Assembly (NCBI GenBank): GCA_011109175.1
Contig: RDEW01000024.1
Coordinates: 856,656 to 901,809 of the forward strand
Reading direction: 5' to 3'
Origin: Dicyema japonicum
Taxonomy: Eukaryota; Animalia; Dicyemida
Length of the DNA: 45,154 nt
The translations under genes and the position numbers were made by a program. The first letter of the stretch is position 1; each line of letters begins with the position of its first letter. The notes beneath the pieces are model-generated. The model searched no databases. It saw only the letters and a program-made list of their open reading frames with translations, and was not told where the DNA came from. Below are positions 1-11,199 of the stretch, one piece after another.

Positions 1-656
1 GATGGTTTGTTCTCATTGTTAAAGTAATTGTCCATTATTTTGCAGAGGCGTTTATCTTCATTCTAAGCATGTGTACCAACTCCCGTCTACTCTATCAAAA
101 TATGTAGTGATAAAAATAAGATAACAAAAAATAAGCAACAATTTGACTTTAATTATATGTCACCTGAGGATGACGACTTTGTAAGCGATAGTGATTCTGA
201 CGATGAGTTCCCCAGTTTACATAGAAGATTAAGAAATGCAACAAATTCTACAAGATGACGCGTCGTTTATAATATGGGGTGATGATGGAAAATACTGTGA
301 GTTGGACGTGATGCTACATACTTACAGCGCTGATGTCAAGGATATCAGATCAAAAAATTGCGGAGACTATTGCATAGCTAATGAGTCATTCGATAGGATC
401 GAGATGGTCGAAGAATCCAATAATTCAAATGATAATTCTGAGTCGGACAAAATTGATAATTTCGAATAACTTAATACAGTATGACCTTTACCTATTTAAA
501 AAAATGCCTCAAAACAGAGGTTTCCCCAAAAATGGAGGTTCGGCATTTTCTTTAGATTTATCCACAGTTTAACAATTTAACTTTGCTTTTTATTAAATTT
601 ATAGATAAATAATGTTTTTTTTATATAGATTTTTCAGAATTATATTAAAAACAAAT

Positions 657-2230
657 TTATTTAACTATAGGAAAATAGTCTGTTAATTTCCCTCCGGTTG
701 CTGATTTTTTCATTTGCATTCCTAATATTTTTCTGAAATTATAATAATCTTTCAAAGTTTCAGGAAACAAATTGAAAATGTTCTCTTCAAGTGTATTCAT
801 CGCTGTTATTATTTCCAAATGAGAATAGGTACATTTTACTCCGTCGTATATATACTCGTCATCATTTTCTACTTGATTTTCAGTATATCTTTAATTATGT
901 TATCTAAACTCTCCAATTCATTATTCACCAATGATAGAGTTTGAAAACGACATTCATCAATTTTCTTCTAACAATTAGTAATTGATTCAGAGTGTATTTG
1001 TTTCCATGTCTTTCCAACAATAATGATTATTTGTCTGAGATTTACTTGCTTTAAATTCAACATTGTAAACTTAGCATCCTCAAAAGATAGGGTAAAATCC
1101 ATCAAATTATTCAAATAATTGGATTTGAACGATTTAATAACTCCCATATCTAAGGGTTGAATTAATGATGTTGCATTTTTTGGCAGAAAAAATAGCTCAA
1201 TGTTAGAAAAATGATTATTCTTGTGACAACTTGCATTGTCAAGTAAAAGGACAATTTTTCGGTTGTGTTGAATCATTTCTTCGTTGACAATGTTCAACCA
1301 AGTAATATATATATCAGATGTCATCCAACAATTTTTAGAAAACGAATAAAAAACTCCGTGCTTTTCAGGGTTAAAATTTTTGATACAACGTGGGGATTTA
1401 TATTTTCCTATTAATAATGGCTTCAATTTTCGCCACAAGCACTGACCGACAAAAGAATAGTAACTTTTTTTTTACTCTTTTTAATTCAAAAACAATATTG
1501 ATCTGAAGTTACAAATGATTTTGATGTTTTTCTTTNAATGTACAACGTGGGGATTTATATTTCCTATTAATAATGGCTTCAATTTTTCGCCACAAGCACT
1601 GACCGACAAAAGAATAGTGACTTTTTCTTTACTCCTTTTAATTCCAAAACAATCTTCATCTGAAGTTACAAATGATTTTGATGTTATTCTTTTAATGTAC
1701 AATCCCGTTTCATCGCAGTTGAAAATATTTTCAATGCCATAGTTATTAACATAGTCATGGTACTTATCAAAAAAAATTCCAAGGCAAGAAATATCACACG
1801 AATTTTTTTCACCACTTATTGTCTTAAATGACAAATTGTGTCTTTTCTTAAATTTTTCAAGCCAACCATTAAGGTATAGTTCAAATTCCTAGCTACTTTT
1901 ATAGCAATGTTTTTAAGAATAGGTACTGAAACGGGAATAAATTCTTCCCTTGCTTTAAAAAAGCATTCATAAACAATTTTATCGAATTTCTGTGACAGAC
2001 TGTCTCTTCTCTGTGAAATTTGACTAAGACAATTTGATTGTACGGACCCATTATTTATAAAGTTCATATAATTTTGTTTAATTCTAGATACTGCTCCTAA
2101 ACAATAGAATTATCAGATAACCTTTACTAATTTTATACTTTTTGACAATATCTCGTTCGCTCATGAAACAATTTTCGTTGATTTCTTGGGCAATTTTAAG
2201 CTTTAACTCCAAAGTAAGCTTCCTCCCCAT
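657..2230 (-). mobile_element. pogo/Tigger (CENP-B-like HTH + DDE_1) transposase, frameshifted remnant
   Basis: Fragments in order on the minus strand: MGRKLTLELKLKIAQEI (ATG at 2230, psq-type HTH); FFKAREEFIPVSVPILKNIAIKVA (CENP-B HTH); IFNCDETGLY...SKEKVTILLSVSACGEKLKPLLIG; WMTSDIYITWL...RKIVLLLDNASCH...FFLPKNATSLIQPLDMGVIKSFK; C-terminal KLTDYF, stop 657-659. Multiple stops and frameshifts. Confidence 0.92.
1384..1697. repeat. 157-bp tandem duplication inside the Tigger ORF, with an N at 1536
   Basis: 1384-1540 and 1541-1697 are near-identical; the junction shares TACAA; a single N lies 5 nt before the junction. Confidence 0.9.
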
Positions 2231-2351
2231 GACAACAAAAACGCAAATCTAGCACGCGAAGTTTAAGAAAATTTTATATAATTAAATTTAATAGTAATTG
2301 CAAGACTTTATATAAATTAAAAAAAATTAAGTGCCTCACTAAGAGGTTCAG

Positions 2352-2480
2352 GTAATTTCCAAATTTGGAAATTACTGTATAAAAATGATCTAATTTTCAA
2401 ACTGCCCCAAAACCTGGGGGTGCCCCAAAAATAGATGTGCCCAAATGAGAAGGTCTGCCCCAAATGGAAGTTGCACTGTA
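2352..2480 (-). mobile_element. Candidate pogo-type element ends (TA|CAG on the minus strand) with subterminal repeats
   Basis: CTG|TA at 2375-2379 and 2476-2480; perfect 24-bp palindrome GTAATTTCCAAATTTGGAAATTAC at 2352-2375; four TGCCC(C)AAA motifs about 17-18 bp apart in 2403-2465. No convincing partner TIR found left of the ORF. Confidence 0.45.
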
Positions 2481-2555
2481 TTCAGTTTATTTTACAAAAA
2501 TAATGTTAATAAATTAGTTAGAAGTATTTCCTTTTTATTAGCAAAGACGTCTTTT

Positions 2556-5052
2556 CTACGAGCAATTTAGTGTTTGGGGTTCTCCAAAACATTCTAGGTC
2601 ATCCACAAAGTTCGGTTCTGAGCAGTCCAAATTACTTGTTCCGTCGTCCTGAGAGTCTTTGTTATCCATTCTTGTATAGATATTATTTATTTCCTTCTTT
2701 AGCTCCTTATTTCTTTCGACAAAACCCGTTTTATTCCTGTATGAAACAATCATCGACTCAAAAGTTTTACGTATAACCAATGATTGAATATACGTATAGG
2801 TTCTTTCGCTTATGTTCAGAGATCTGGAATGTTCCCACGAGTGTGAGGTTACCAATCCAACCCGGGTCAGTACTATTGGGACAATCCTCACTTTCGCATG
2901 GTGTATTTATTCCAGTTCTTTCGATAGAAGGTCATACTTTCTCAATTTTTCGAATTCTACTTGTTAGAGAATTTGGGATGATGTTATACCCACTTCAACC
3001 AACAGTATTTGATTTTTCTTTTTATCGTAGAAACTTTAGGATATCTGTTATTAAGGAATCGGCTAAGTGGATCCAACACTAGCACAAATAGCATAGGAGA
3101 CAACGATCTCCCTGTAAAATTCCCCTTGAAGTTTGATAGTGCGAATATTATCTTTATTCAAAAAGAAGCTTGAGTTTCCAGTTTTGAATAAGTATTTTAA
3201 TTACGTTAACAATCCACAATGGAATGCCAGAGTTTTCAAGGAAAGAGAAAATCATGGTTTACTGAGTCGAAAGCCTTTTTAACGTCAATCCATGCTGCAT
3301 AAAGTCCAAATCTGTTGATGTTAATTGACTTGTTCACCAGAGCCTGTTCATTAGCACCTTGGCATCTACTCCTCGTGCCCACTTGATTTTCAGTAAGTAT
3401 GTCAAATGCTTCCTCATAGTCAGTTAGCTTCATATTAATGCATTTAGTCATGAGTTTATATAACGGTGGCATGCATGTAATCGGGCGGAAATCTTTTGGA
3501 GACTCAGGGGCAGTGCATTTTGGGATCAAGTAAGTGAGTCCAGTGAAAAACTACTCTCCGGCACACATTCTTCTTCCACAAGTCTACTCATCACATTAAA
3601 TATTGAGTCGTGCAAAGACGTGAACTTTTAATAAAAAAGTTGAAAACTCCATCGCAGCCTGGGTCTTTCCAGTTAGGCAGATATTTAATTGTTTCATTAA
3701 ACTCATTTCTATTAAATCCAACACGTACATTCTCGACGTCGGTTATTCTTTTTTCAATATTAACCCTCTCTAAACATGCATCTTTTTTTTCCAGAAGTCT
3801 TCCCAAAGTCTGTACATTTTTAATTATCAATAGACTCAGTAGCATTATTTGTCGTAGGGGTTAAGTTTCTGTAAAATGATCTTCTATTTAATTCGAAGTT
3901 TAGATTATCAAGACGGAATTTCTTGCGGGACTCAGATACACACAATTTCTTTTCGAGAATTTTAATTTTATCTTCAATGTACGAAATAATCCTCCTTCTT
4001 TCACCATGATTTTTATTGCATCCCACTAAGGATGTCGCGTGGCAGGTCATAGGTTTTTCCTCTGATGACAACGTCTTCATAAAACAATTTTTTAATTAAC
4101 AAAAAAAAGGATTTCCACTTTTCGACTATTCTACATATATTCTCATTCCATTTTGATGGCTCATTTTTTTCATGTAATCTGCTTGACCAGCATAAATAAG
4201 AGTAGAAATTTGATCCATAGAAATTATGGAGTTCTTTTTAACCCATTGGCTGACACAGTTCAAACACTCCAATAAGNATGACAACGTCTTCATAAAAAAT
4301 TTTTTTAATTAGCAAAAAAAAGGATTTCCACTTTTCGACTTTTACACATATATTCTCATTCCATTTGGATGGCTCATTTTTTTACTGTAATAATCTTCTT
4401 GACCAGCATAAATAAGAGTAGAAATTTGATCCATAGAAATTATGGAGTTCTTTTTAACCCATTGGCTAATGACACAGTTCAAACACTCCAATAAGTTATT
4501 GTCAATCTTGACATAGGGAATCTTTTTGGATCGGGGTCTCGAGCTTTGTTCAATTTGCTCGGCAATTATCAATTGTTCCATAAATGTGCGTCGGCAGTGA
4601 TCGTAAAATTTAGGATCCAGGGACGGTGAAGACATATCAGGCTTAGAATCTGGGGTAACCTTCGAATCAAGTTCATTGCGTGATAATTGATGCGTTCCTG
4701 GATGTATATCAGTTTTCTGAACTCAGGCATTGTTATTTCCTCTCCAACTTTAGTCTTGAACCCCTCAAAGAGAATAGCCCATAGACCTGTGGGGACACGA
4801 CCCAGTCTAGAACGCGTACTTTCAATAACTGAGGCAGACCATTGTTCTCGACAATCAGCTGTTGAGGAAGACATTATTGCTCGTAGAACCAGAAATTTCC
4901 TGTTGTTTTTCTGAGACGAATCCTAGAAGCATCCGCGTCGGAAAAATGTCGGACAAGCTCGGTGACAGTTCAATTTGGGTTTTTTTACTCAATTCGGCGC
5001 AGAAGTCCGCATAATCCGATGAACTTAGATGGTTCTTATCAACATCAACCAT
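2556..5052 (-). mobile_element. Non-LTR retrotransposon with restriction-like endonuclease (R4/Dong-like), decayed and internally deleted
   Basis: N-terminal ORF pieces (4342-5052); RT motifs KDPGCDGVFNFFIK, LIPK..DFRPITCMPPLYKLMTK, ENQVGTR..QGANEQAL, WIDVKKAFDSVNH and RGILQGDxLSPMLFVLVLDPL; then endonuclease ILLVEVGITS..EKLRKYDLL..IVPIVLT. Confidence 0.88.
4065..4495. repeat. ~215-bp tandem duplication split by a single N (4277); probable assembly overlap
   Basis: 4065-4276 matches 4278-4495 with a few small indels; the N sits exactly at the junction. Confidence 0.9.
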
Positions 5053-5418
5053 TAACCAGCAACGTGTATTATATTTTAATAACTTTATTTACATTTTATT
5101 TAAATAACTTGTTAAAAATATTTTTAGAATATTTATTTATTCCTGTTAGGCACTGGTTTTTCACTTGAAGTGAGAGCAAGTAGGTATTCCCTTGATTACA
5201 TAATCATTTTATTAATGATGTCTATAGTATCGGCTTGTATTCTTTTGTGAAAGTTCTTAGGGAAGCTTATAATGTAAATAAATGGGGGATGGTGAACCAC
5301 CATGATAGAACCGCATTATGTTCGTTTTGTGCTTAACGTGGGAGGCTCCATGTACTTAGTCTGAAATATTTTTGATCTTTTGTAGTAAATGTCTTATTAG
5401 CCGTATGCTGTCTTGGTT

Positions 5419-5644
5419 GATTATTCCTTCGACGACTTTCTATTACTTACCTTTTATTATATCCAAGGCTCTCGAAAAATCTATAATCAAGACTGCACGA
5501 TTTGTGTTTAGGCAAAATGACACGAATCTGCATTTTACCTTCCATCGCTGAATACACTCTAATTAGGGGACAGATTTGTATGATTCTACTGAGGATCACG
5601 ACTGTTTGTTTTTCGTATCGTAGTATGAAGATTTATTGGAGAGG
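5419..5644 (+). repeat. Dispersed ~230-bp repeat, copy 1 (copy 2 at 7122-7360)
   Basis: Shared blocks TTCCTTCGACGACTTTCTAT, CTATAATCAAGACTGCACG, GTATGATTCTACTGA and TTTTTCGTATCGTAGTATGAAGAT. Confidence 0.85.
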
Positions 5645-5732
5645 TATTCGCATCGTAGTACGAAAACTGTTTTCGTATCGTAGTATTTACTATACATATC
5701 ATAGTATTAGTACTATACATGGGTATGCTGAT

Positions 5733-6235
5733 AGTGTTCCATGATTTCTCAATATTAACCAAACTCACAGAAGTATGCTACAACATTTTCCGCTTTGATT
5801 TGTCCAATAATCAAATTGATATTAAAGATTTAGCAAACTTGTGTCAAAACCTACCAAATTTAACCAAAATTAGCTAAAATTTCATCTTCTGAGAATACGC
5901 CTTACATGAAGTATTTTCCAAATAATGTCAATTCTTTCACTTTTTTGTAATATGATGACTTAGTTTTACTTCATTTGCTATTTAAAACCAAATTTAGTGA
6001 AATTAGGTCACTAGAACTTTTATCAGATTCCCTTCTTGAAAAAAGTGTCCAACTAAAATTAATTGTTGCACAATCAAACTGATCAAAGAACTAGAAAAAA
6101 CTAATTTTGAAAATGTTCTGATTTCCATTTCGAAGAATTTTGCAAAAGTCTTACCAGTCCCAGATCTCTAAAGTTTTATTTTGTTAGATTAAGATACTTT
6201 TCGTATACAAAGTAAAAATACACAAACAGTAAAAA
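5733..6235 (+). pseudogene. Third, truncated copy of the ZER1/ZYG-11-like gene (LRR exon 1, intron 1, start of exon 2)
   Basis: Matches 32080-32575, e.g. HDFSILTKLTEVCYNIFRFDLSNNQIDIKDLANLCQNLPNLT; several indels; retains the intron-1 sequence GTTTTATTTTGTTAGATTAAG. Confidence 0.92.
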
Positions 6236-6259
6236 TGACTTCAGATCCTACTCCCCCCT

Positions 6260-6390
6260 ACACTAGAGTTTTTCGGACGTCTTGGAAACCGGATCACCTC
6301 ATGCACTGGAGATCTCCGCAAAAGCCGCTGCCAGGTTGAGTGAATTTGCTCGCAATTCTGAGAATGAACAGCCACGCAGTGAGGGCTGTA
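6260..6390 (+). mobile_element. Possible C-terminal fragment of a CRE-like non-LTR element
   Basis: FFGRLGNRITSCTGDLR resembles the LGxRIxxxTGDxR end of CRE-clade proteins; short and weak. Confidence 0.3.
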
Positions 6391-7121
6391 ATAACTAACG
6401 TTTTGTCCTTATCATTTTTAACAAAAAATTACATTTTTTTAATAAATTTTAAACAATTTTAAAGAACGTATAAATTTTTGACTTTAAAAAGTTTAGTTAT
6501 TTAAGTTATTAAGTAACCCTGGCATCATTAACTTGGGGTAGACCAGCGGCTATTAAGTGTGACCCATTAAATGGCAGTCGTTTCATAAATTGTCAGTCTT
6601 GCATAGTAGAAGAACTGTGCACTAATTCGTGACATTTAAATAGGTGAGTTATTGTTAACTCGGAGCAATTCCAAAAGGAACAGAGGATATCTTTACATCA
6701 TCCAATTTATGTACTTCGGTAGAGAGGTGTAGTGCACACATCGTAGACTTGCCAGTTAACTAGGAAGAAATGATTCTGAAGAAGTGGGACGGATAGTATT
6801 TAATTATCATCGAGTCTTCAGATGGTTGTCTAGAACAAAATCGTGTATTTGTTTAATACGACCTCAATGATTGGGGTGGAACGAATGGATGATAGGATTC
6901 AGACAGGTCACTTAAGACATAATAATTTTACTTTTGTTTAAGGTTTTGCATATTGTGATATTGATGGTTGGGTTGTAGGCATGGAAGAGGAATAGCTATT
7001 AATTGAGAATATGTTTTATGAACAATTCTACGGGTAATTACAAGACTCTGAAAAAAATCGAATACAGAGTTCCTATATAAATTAAAATAAAAAACCATTA
7101 TTATCAACATCCTTTCCTAGT

Positions 7122-7360
7122 GATTGNTTCCTTCGACGACTTTCTATAACTTCTTTTTAATAAATTCAAGGATTTCGAAAAAACTATAATCAAGACTGCA
7201 CGTTTTGTGTTTATGGCAAAAAAACACGAATATTCTGAAGTATACCTTCTATCCCTGAGTCCACTCTAATTAGATGACAGATATGTATGATTCTACTGAA
7301 GTCACGACTGACACGACTGACTGTTTTTCGTATCGTAGTATGAAGATATTTTGGGAGAGG
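7122..7360 (+). repeat. Dispersed ~230-bp repeat, copy 2
   Basis: Same-orientation diverged match to 5419-5644; N at 7127 at its left edge. Confidence 0.85.
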
Positions 7361-8782
7361 GCTGTTTAGGGTCCTTTGGGATTGACAAGTTCTGTGATAA
7401 ACTAGAACTCTCACCCAAGATGAACAAGATTGTTCTGCCTTAAAAATTTTTTGTTGAAATTATAAGTATAATTAGTTTGTATTTCAATAGTTATTTTTGT
7501 ATTTCGTTAAGGCCAAGAGATTGTGAGGCATTAAGTATAGATTTGTAGATATTGTGTTATTAGATTTGCTAGGAAGCTGGAATACCTTAATTTTGAATCT
7601 GGGAGTCAGTTATTTTTGACATGAACATATCAAGTGAACAAACCTCTTAGTTACAAACTGTTGAATGGCAAAAAAAATATATAATCAAAGAAAAACTTTC
7701 CGCATATAAAAAAAGTTATAGAGTGCAATGAAAAATTGCAGAAGCATTTAGACAATTTGATATAGACCGTAGTGTCTACAGCGCTGGAAAACTGACAAAA
7801 ATTTGTCAAATTTATCAGAACTAATGTTTTTCCAGATGACATGCATTTCAATTAAAAATAGCATTTATGTCAATAATTAATAGTTTTGAATGCTGTGGAA
7901 TTTAATCAAAATGCAATGAAGTTCCCATTATTTTCATTAAAGGCTACAGTAAATTTTAGCAGAAACCAATATGAAAATGTCAATATCGCATGTGTTGAAA
8001 TAGATATTGAATATGACTGTATTTCTAATAATTGGAAAAATTATTCTATAATAATGAAAATTTGATGTATATTCCTAATCGTTTTTGTATTCATTACTTT
8101 TTTCTCATTTCGGAATGCTTCCACAATTATGAAATTTAAAAGATATTAATATTCTGAACAAATCCTTTGGTGAAGAATACATTGTGAACACTATTCGGCC
8201 GAAGAATAATTGGTATTTAGTTTTAGTCAATTTATTCAAAAAAATCTTGGTTTTTAATTTTTATTTTTGATCCTAATATTTGTAATAATAAATTGTAGCG
8301 TGGCGTTGTGTGGTCCACCAATTTAAAAAATTCAATAAGATTTGGCAACTCCCTGAAGGCTTCTAATACCCTCCGAAATGGACAATTAGACCCTTCGCCC
8401 CGGGGTCATTATCGTCCCCCGGCGATGTGTTTCAAGAAAGTATAAACATTCCCGGCGAAAACCTTCAGCCTACTGTAGAGAAAAGAAATTTACCAATAAA
8501 ACATCAACGGAATTAAAGGAAAAGTCAGGGAACTCCGTTCACTCCTGGCAAATCAAAAGATCGACGTGGACATGATTTAAGAAACTAAACTCCGCATGCA
8601 TGATTCCACTCCTTCATTCCCTGGATACGAGGTAATCAGGATGGACCGTAAAAGAGAAGAGTGGTGGACTACTTACTCTAACAACTCTGGAGTAGTCTGA
8701 AGTAAACTTCAAAAGTAAAACGTTCGGTGTTTCGGTGGAGGTGACTTCTCAAACAAGAGGTTTACCGGCTATAAAAAGATTG

Positions 8783-9260
8783 TCATCCTATTTGGAAAAT
8801 CTGCCTGACTAACTGCAAGAGAGAGACTGTAATCCAAAACAGTCGATCTGGTTTCACGGACTTTAATCCCAGTCGTAATGAGATCCTAATACGGACGCAT
8901 TCATTTTCCAGGAAAGTACCTAAAACTCTAGTAGGAACTGCGTTGAGCGAGGCACCGCTCTCGGAAGACGCCCCGACCAAAGACAGGCAGGGCTGTTTCG
9001 GCTAGATGACACTTGCAAATCTTCGAAAGAATTCCAGCATATAGGATCGTCCAGTCTTGCTGGAAGAACGGGAAATACATGGAAAGCTGATATGCACGGC
9101 TCCAGGCCTCAAGATCATGGCCGGCGTCCTTGTCGATAGAGAATTCAGGTAGAGAGTTTAGAATATTCTTGACAAGGGAGTTACAGGCAATTAGCGAAAA
9201 TAGATATGCAGGGATAATAAGGTCTAGTAAGTTTCGAATTCCAACTCCTCCGAGTCTCAT
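8783..9260 (-). mobile_element. CRE-clade non-LTR retrotransposon fragment (post-RT region)
   Basis: RLGGVGIRNLLDLIIPAYLFS followed, after a frameshift, by ESGASLNAVPTRVLGTFLENECVRIRISLRLGL; this matches the CRE-type LGGLGIR...SGAWLNALP...LRLG region. Confidence 0.75.
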
Positions 9261-9329
9261 TTTACAAAATTAATAAAATTAATATTAATTAATTTTTATT
9301 TAAAAATAAATTTTTTTAATTCATTATTA

Positions 9330-9911
9330 GGTCACTTTCTGATAATGCTCTATTACTAGGTTTATTAAATAAATTAATAATAGTCATATTTGCGTGTTTA
9401 GTAAGCAATAGAAATGTGTCGCAGAATATTGATACTTTTGAAAAATTGTCTATTAATGTCCCTGTGTGGGGTGGATTCGAGAATAACCGAGTTGTATCGT
9501 TATTTAGTGGGATAATTGAAGTTGAATATAAAATTAATAATACTGTAATCAGATTATATTTATAAAGATAAAATATGAAAATTTAATTGACGCAATTTTT
9601 TACTTTAGTTTACCTCTAAATTTTTCACCTCATGAACTGAAATGGAAGAAAAATGATATAGAATTCAAAATATTAATTTCCTGTATCAAAAAATATATGT
9701 TTTCTGGGAATTAGCATTGATTTCCATTCATATACATATGTTTACTCCAAGTATTAAGATTTGGACGACTGGTTATTACAACTGCTCTGAACTAGTCGTA
9801 AAAATTTCTGAATCTGCAACTATAAAAATAAGAGATATGAAAATGCAACTATCAAATCAGATAATAACAAAATATTTACTGGAAAAAGTACTTATGATAA
9901 CCAATATTTAG
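9330..9911 (+). pseudogene. Possible orphan gene remnant with mini-introns
   Basis: Removing GTTTATTAAATAAATTAATAATAG (24 nt) and GTAATCAGATTATATTTATAAAG (23 nt) gives LSDNALLLVIFACLVSNRNVSQNIDTFEKLSINVPVWGGFENNRVVSLFSGIIEVEYKINNTIKYENLIDAIF. Later stops; family not recognised. Confidence 0.3.
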
Positions 9912-11199
9912 CACTCGGATGTGATTTTGAAAGAAATCTCCAATTCAAATCAACATCCCATATGAGTACAAAAATAAATACAACTACTTCTCAACGTTAT
10001 ATAAAAAATACAATGCACTCTCATACAATAAGTAATATTAAGTTAAATTTAGAAATCAAATCTCCAGTACTAGTTTGTGTAATTGGCGGATAGTTGTGAT
10101 CTTTGCAGTCGTTTATTTAATAAATATAATAGAATACGTTTTTATCCAGTACAGAATGGCATACTCAATTACTAATATTATTTTCTTTTAGATTATAATA
10201 ATGACAATTATCTCATATAAGGCTTAATGATGTTGAAGTTGTTAGTTAGTCTGAGATTGATGTGGTGACGTATCTCTAACGAATGAAACTTCAAGAAAAG
10301 TAAAATCTATGTTCAATTTATTATCGTGTCCATTGACATAGTGATTACTTTTTCATTTATAATTATATATAATAATCATTGACATTGAACGACCGAAATA
10401 ACATGGGGATGTAGAGAAGTGGCGTAGACTGTTTTTTTATTTGAGAAATAGTAACATTGTATAAGGTGGAGTGATTGTAGAAGTAAGATATCACCGTTGT
10501 ATGAAAAGTGGTGGATATCTATAGTATTTTTTATTAAGGAGTAAATAAAATTTATAATCACAAATGCACTCGAAAAATATTTCAGAAATTGTGGAATAAA
10601 TTCGTAGTAAATTTTCCCTTCGATCATAAATTAAAATGGAATACCAGGCAACATCCTGTGAAATGGAAAACATATTTTCGATTCTTTAAAATTTTTAACA
10701 AAGATAAAAATTTCCAACCCGAAAATGTAAAATATTATTTATTTTGTGTTTGACAATTAAAAATAAAATCAACTTTTAATTTTTAGGTCAATTTTTTTAA
10801 TATATTTATCAATTCAAGATAACATTTTATACCTTCAGGTCAACAAGAGGCTAATCCTATCAACAATTTCGCTGACTCTAAAAACAAGAGACTCGCCGTT
10901 ACACCAATAATCTAACACTATCTTTTATAACGAAAATAGTTTTTATTAACTAATTTCTGTTAAACTCTATAAAAATCAAATCAATAAAAAATCAATAAAT
11001 TATTTTTACATTATTGACCTAAAATCTAATTTTGATTTTTTGACTTTATAACTACTGATATGTATAATATTTTTGATTAAGAAGTACATTAAGATGTCTG
11101 ATTGGATAATATCGTAGTCTGTGTGTTAACCGAGGAATAAATATGTATGCTATATTTTTAAAAATATTCAATTGTTTGAGTTAAAAAGCAAACAATTGG

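Noticed and set aside
236-572. Short acidic ORFs at the window start
   Set aside because: No recognisable motif and low complexity; many other 60-80-aa ORFs in the track are likewise chance frames or antisense shadows.
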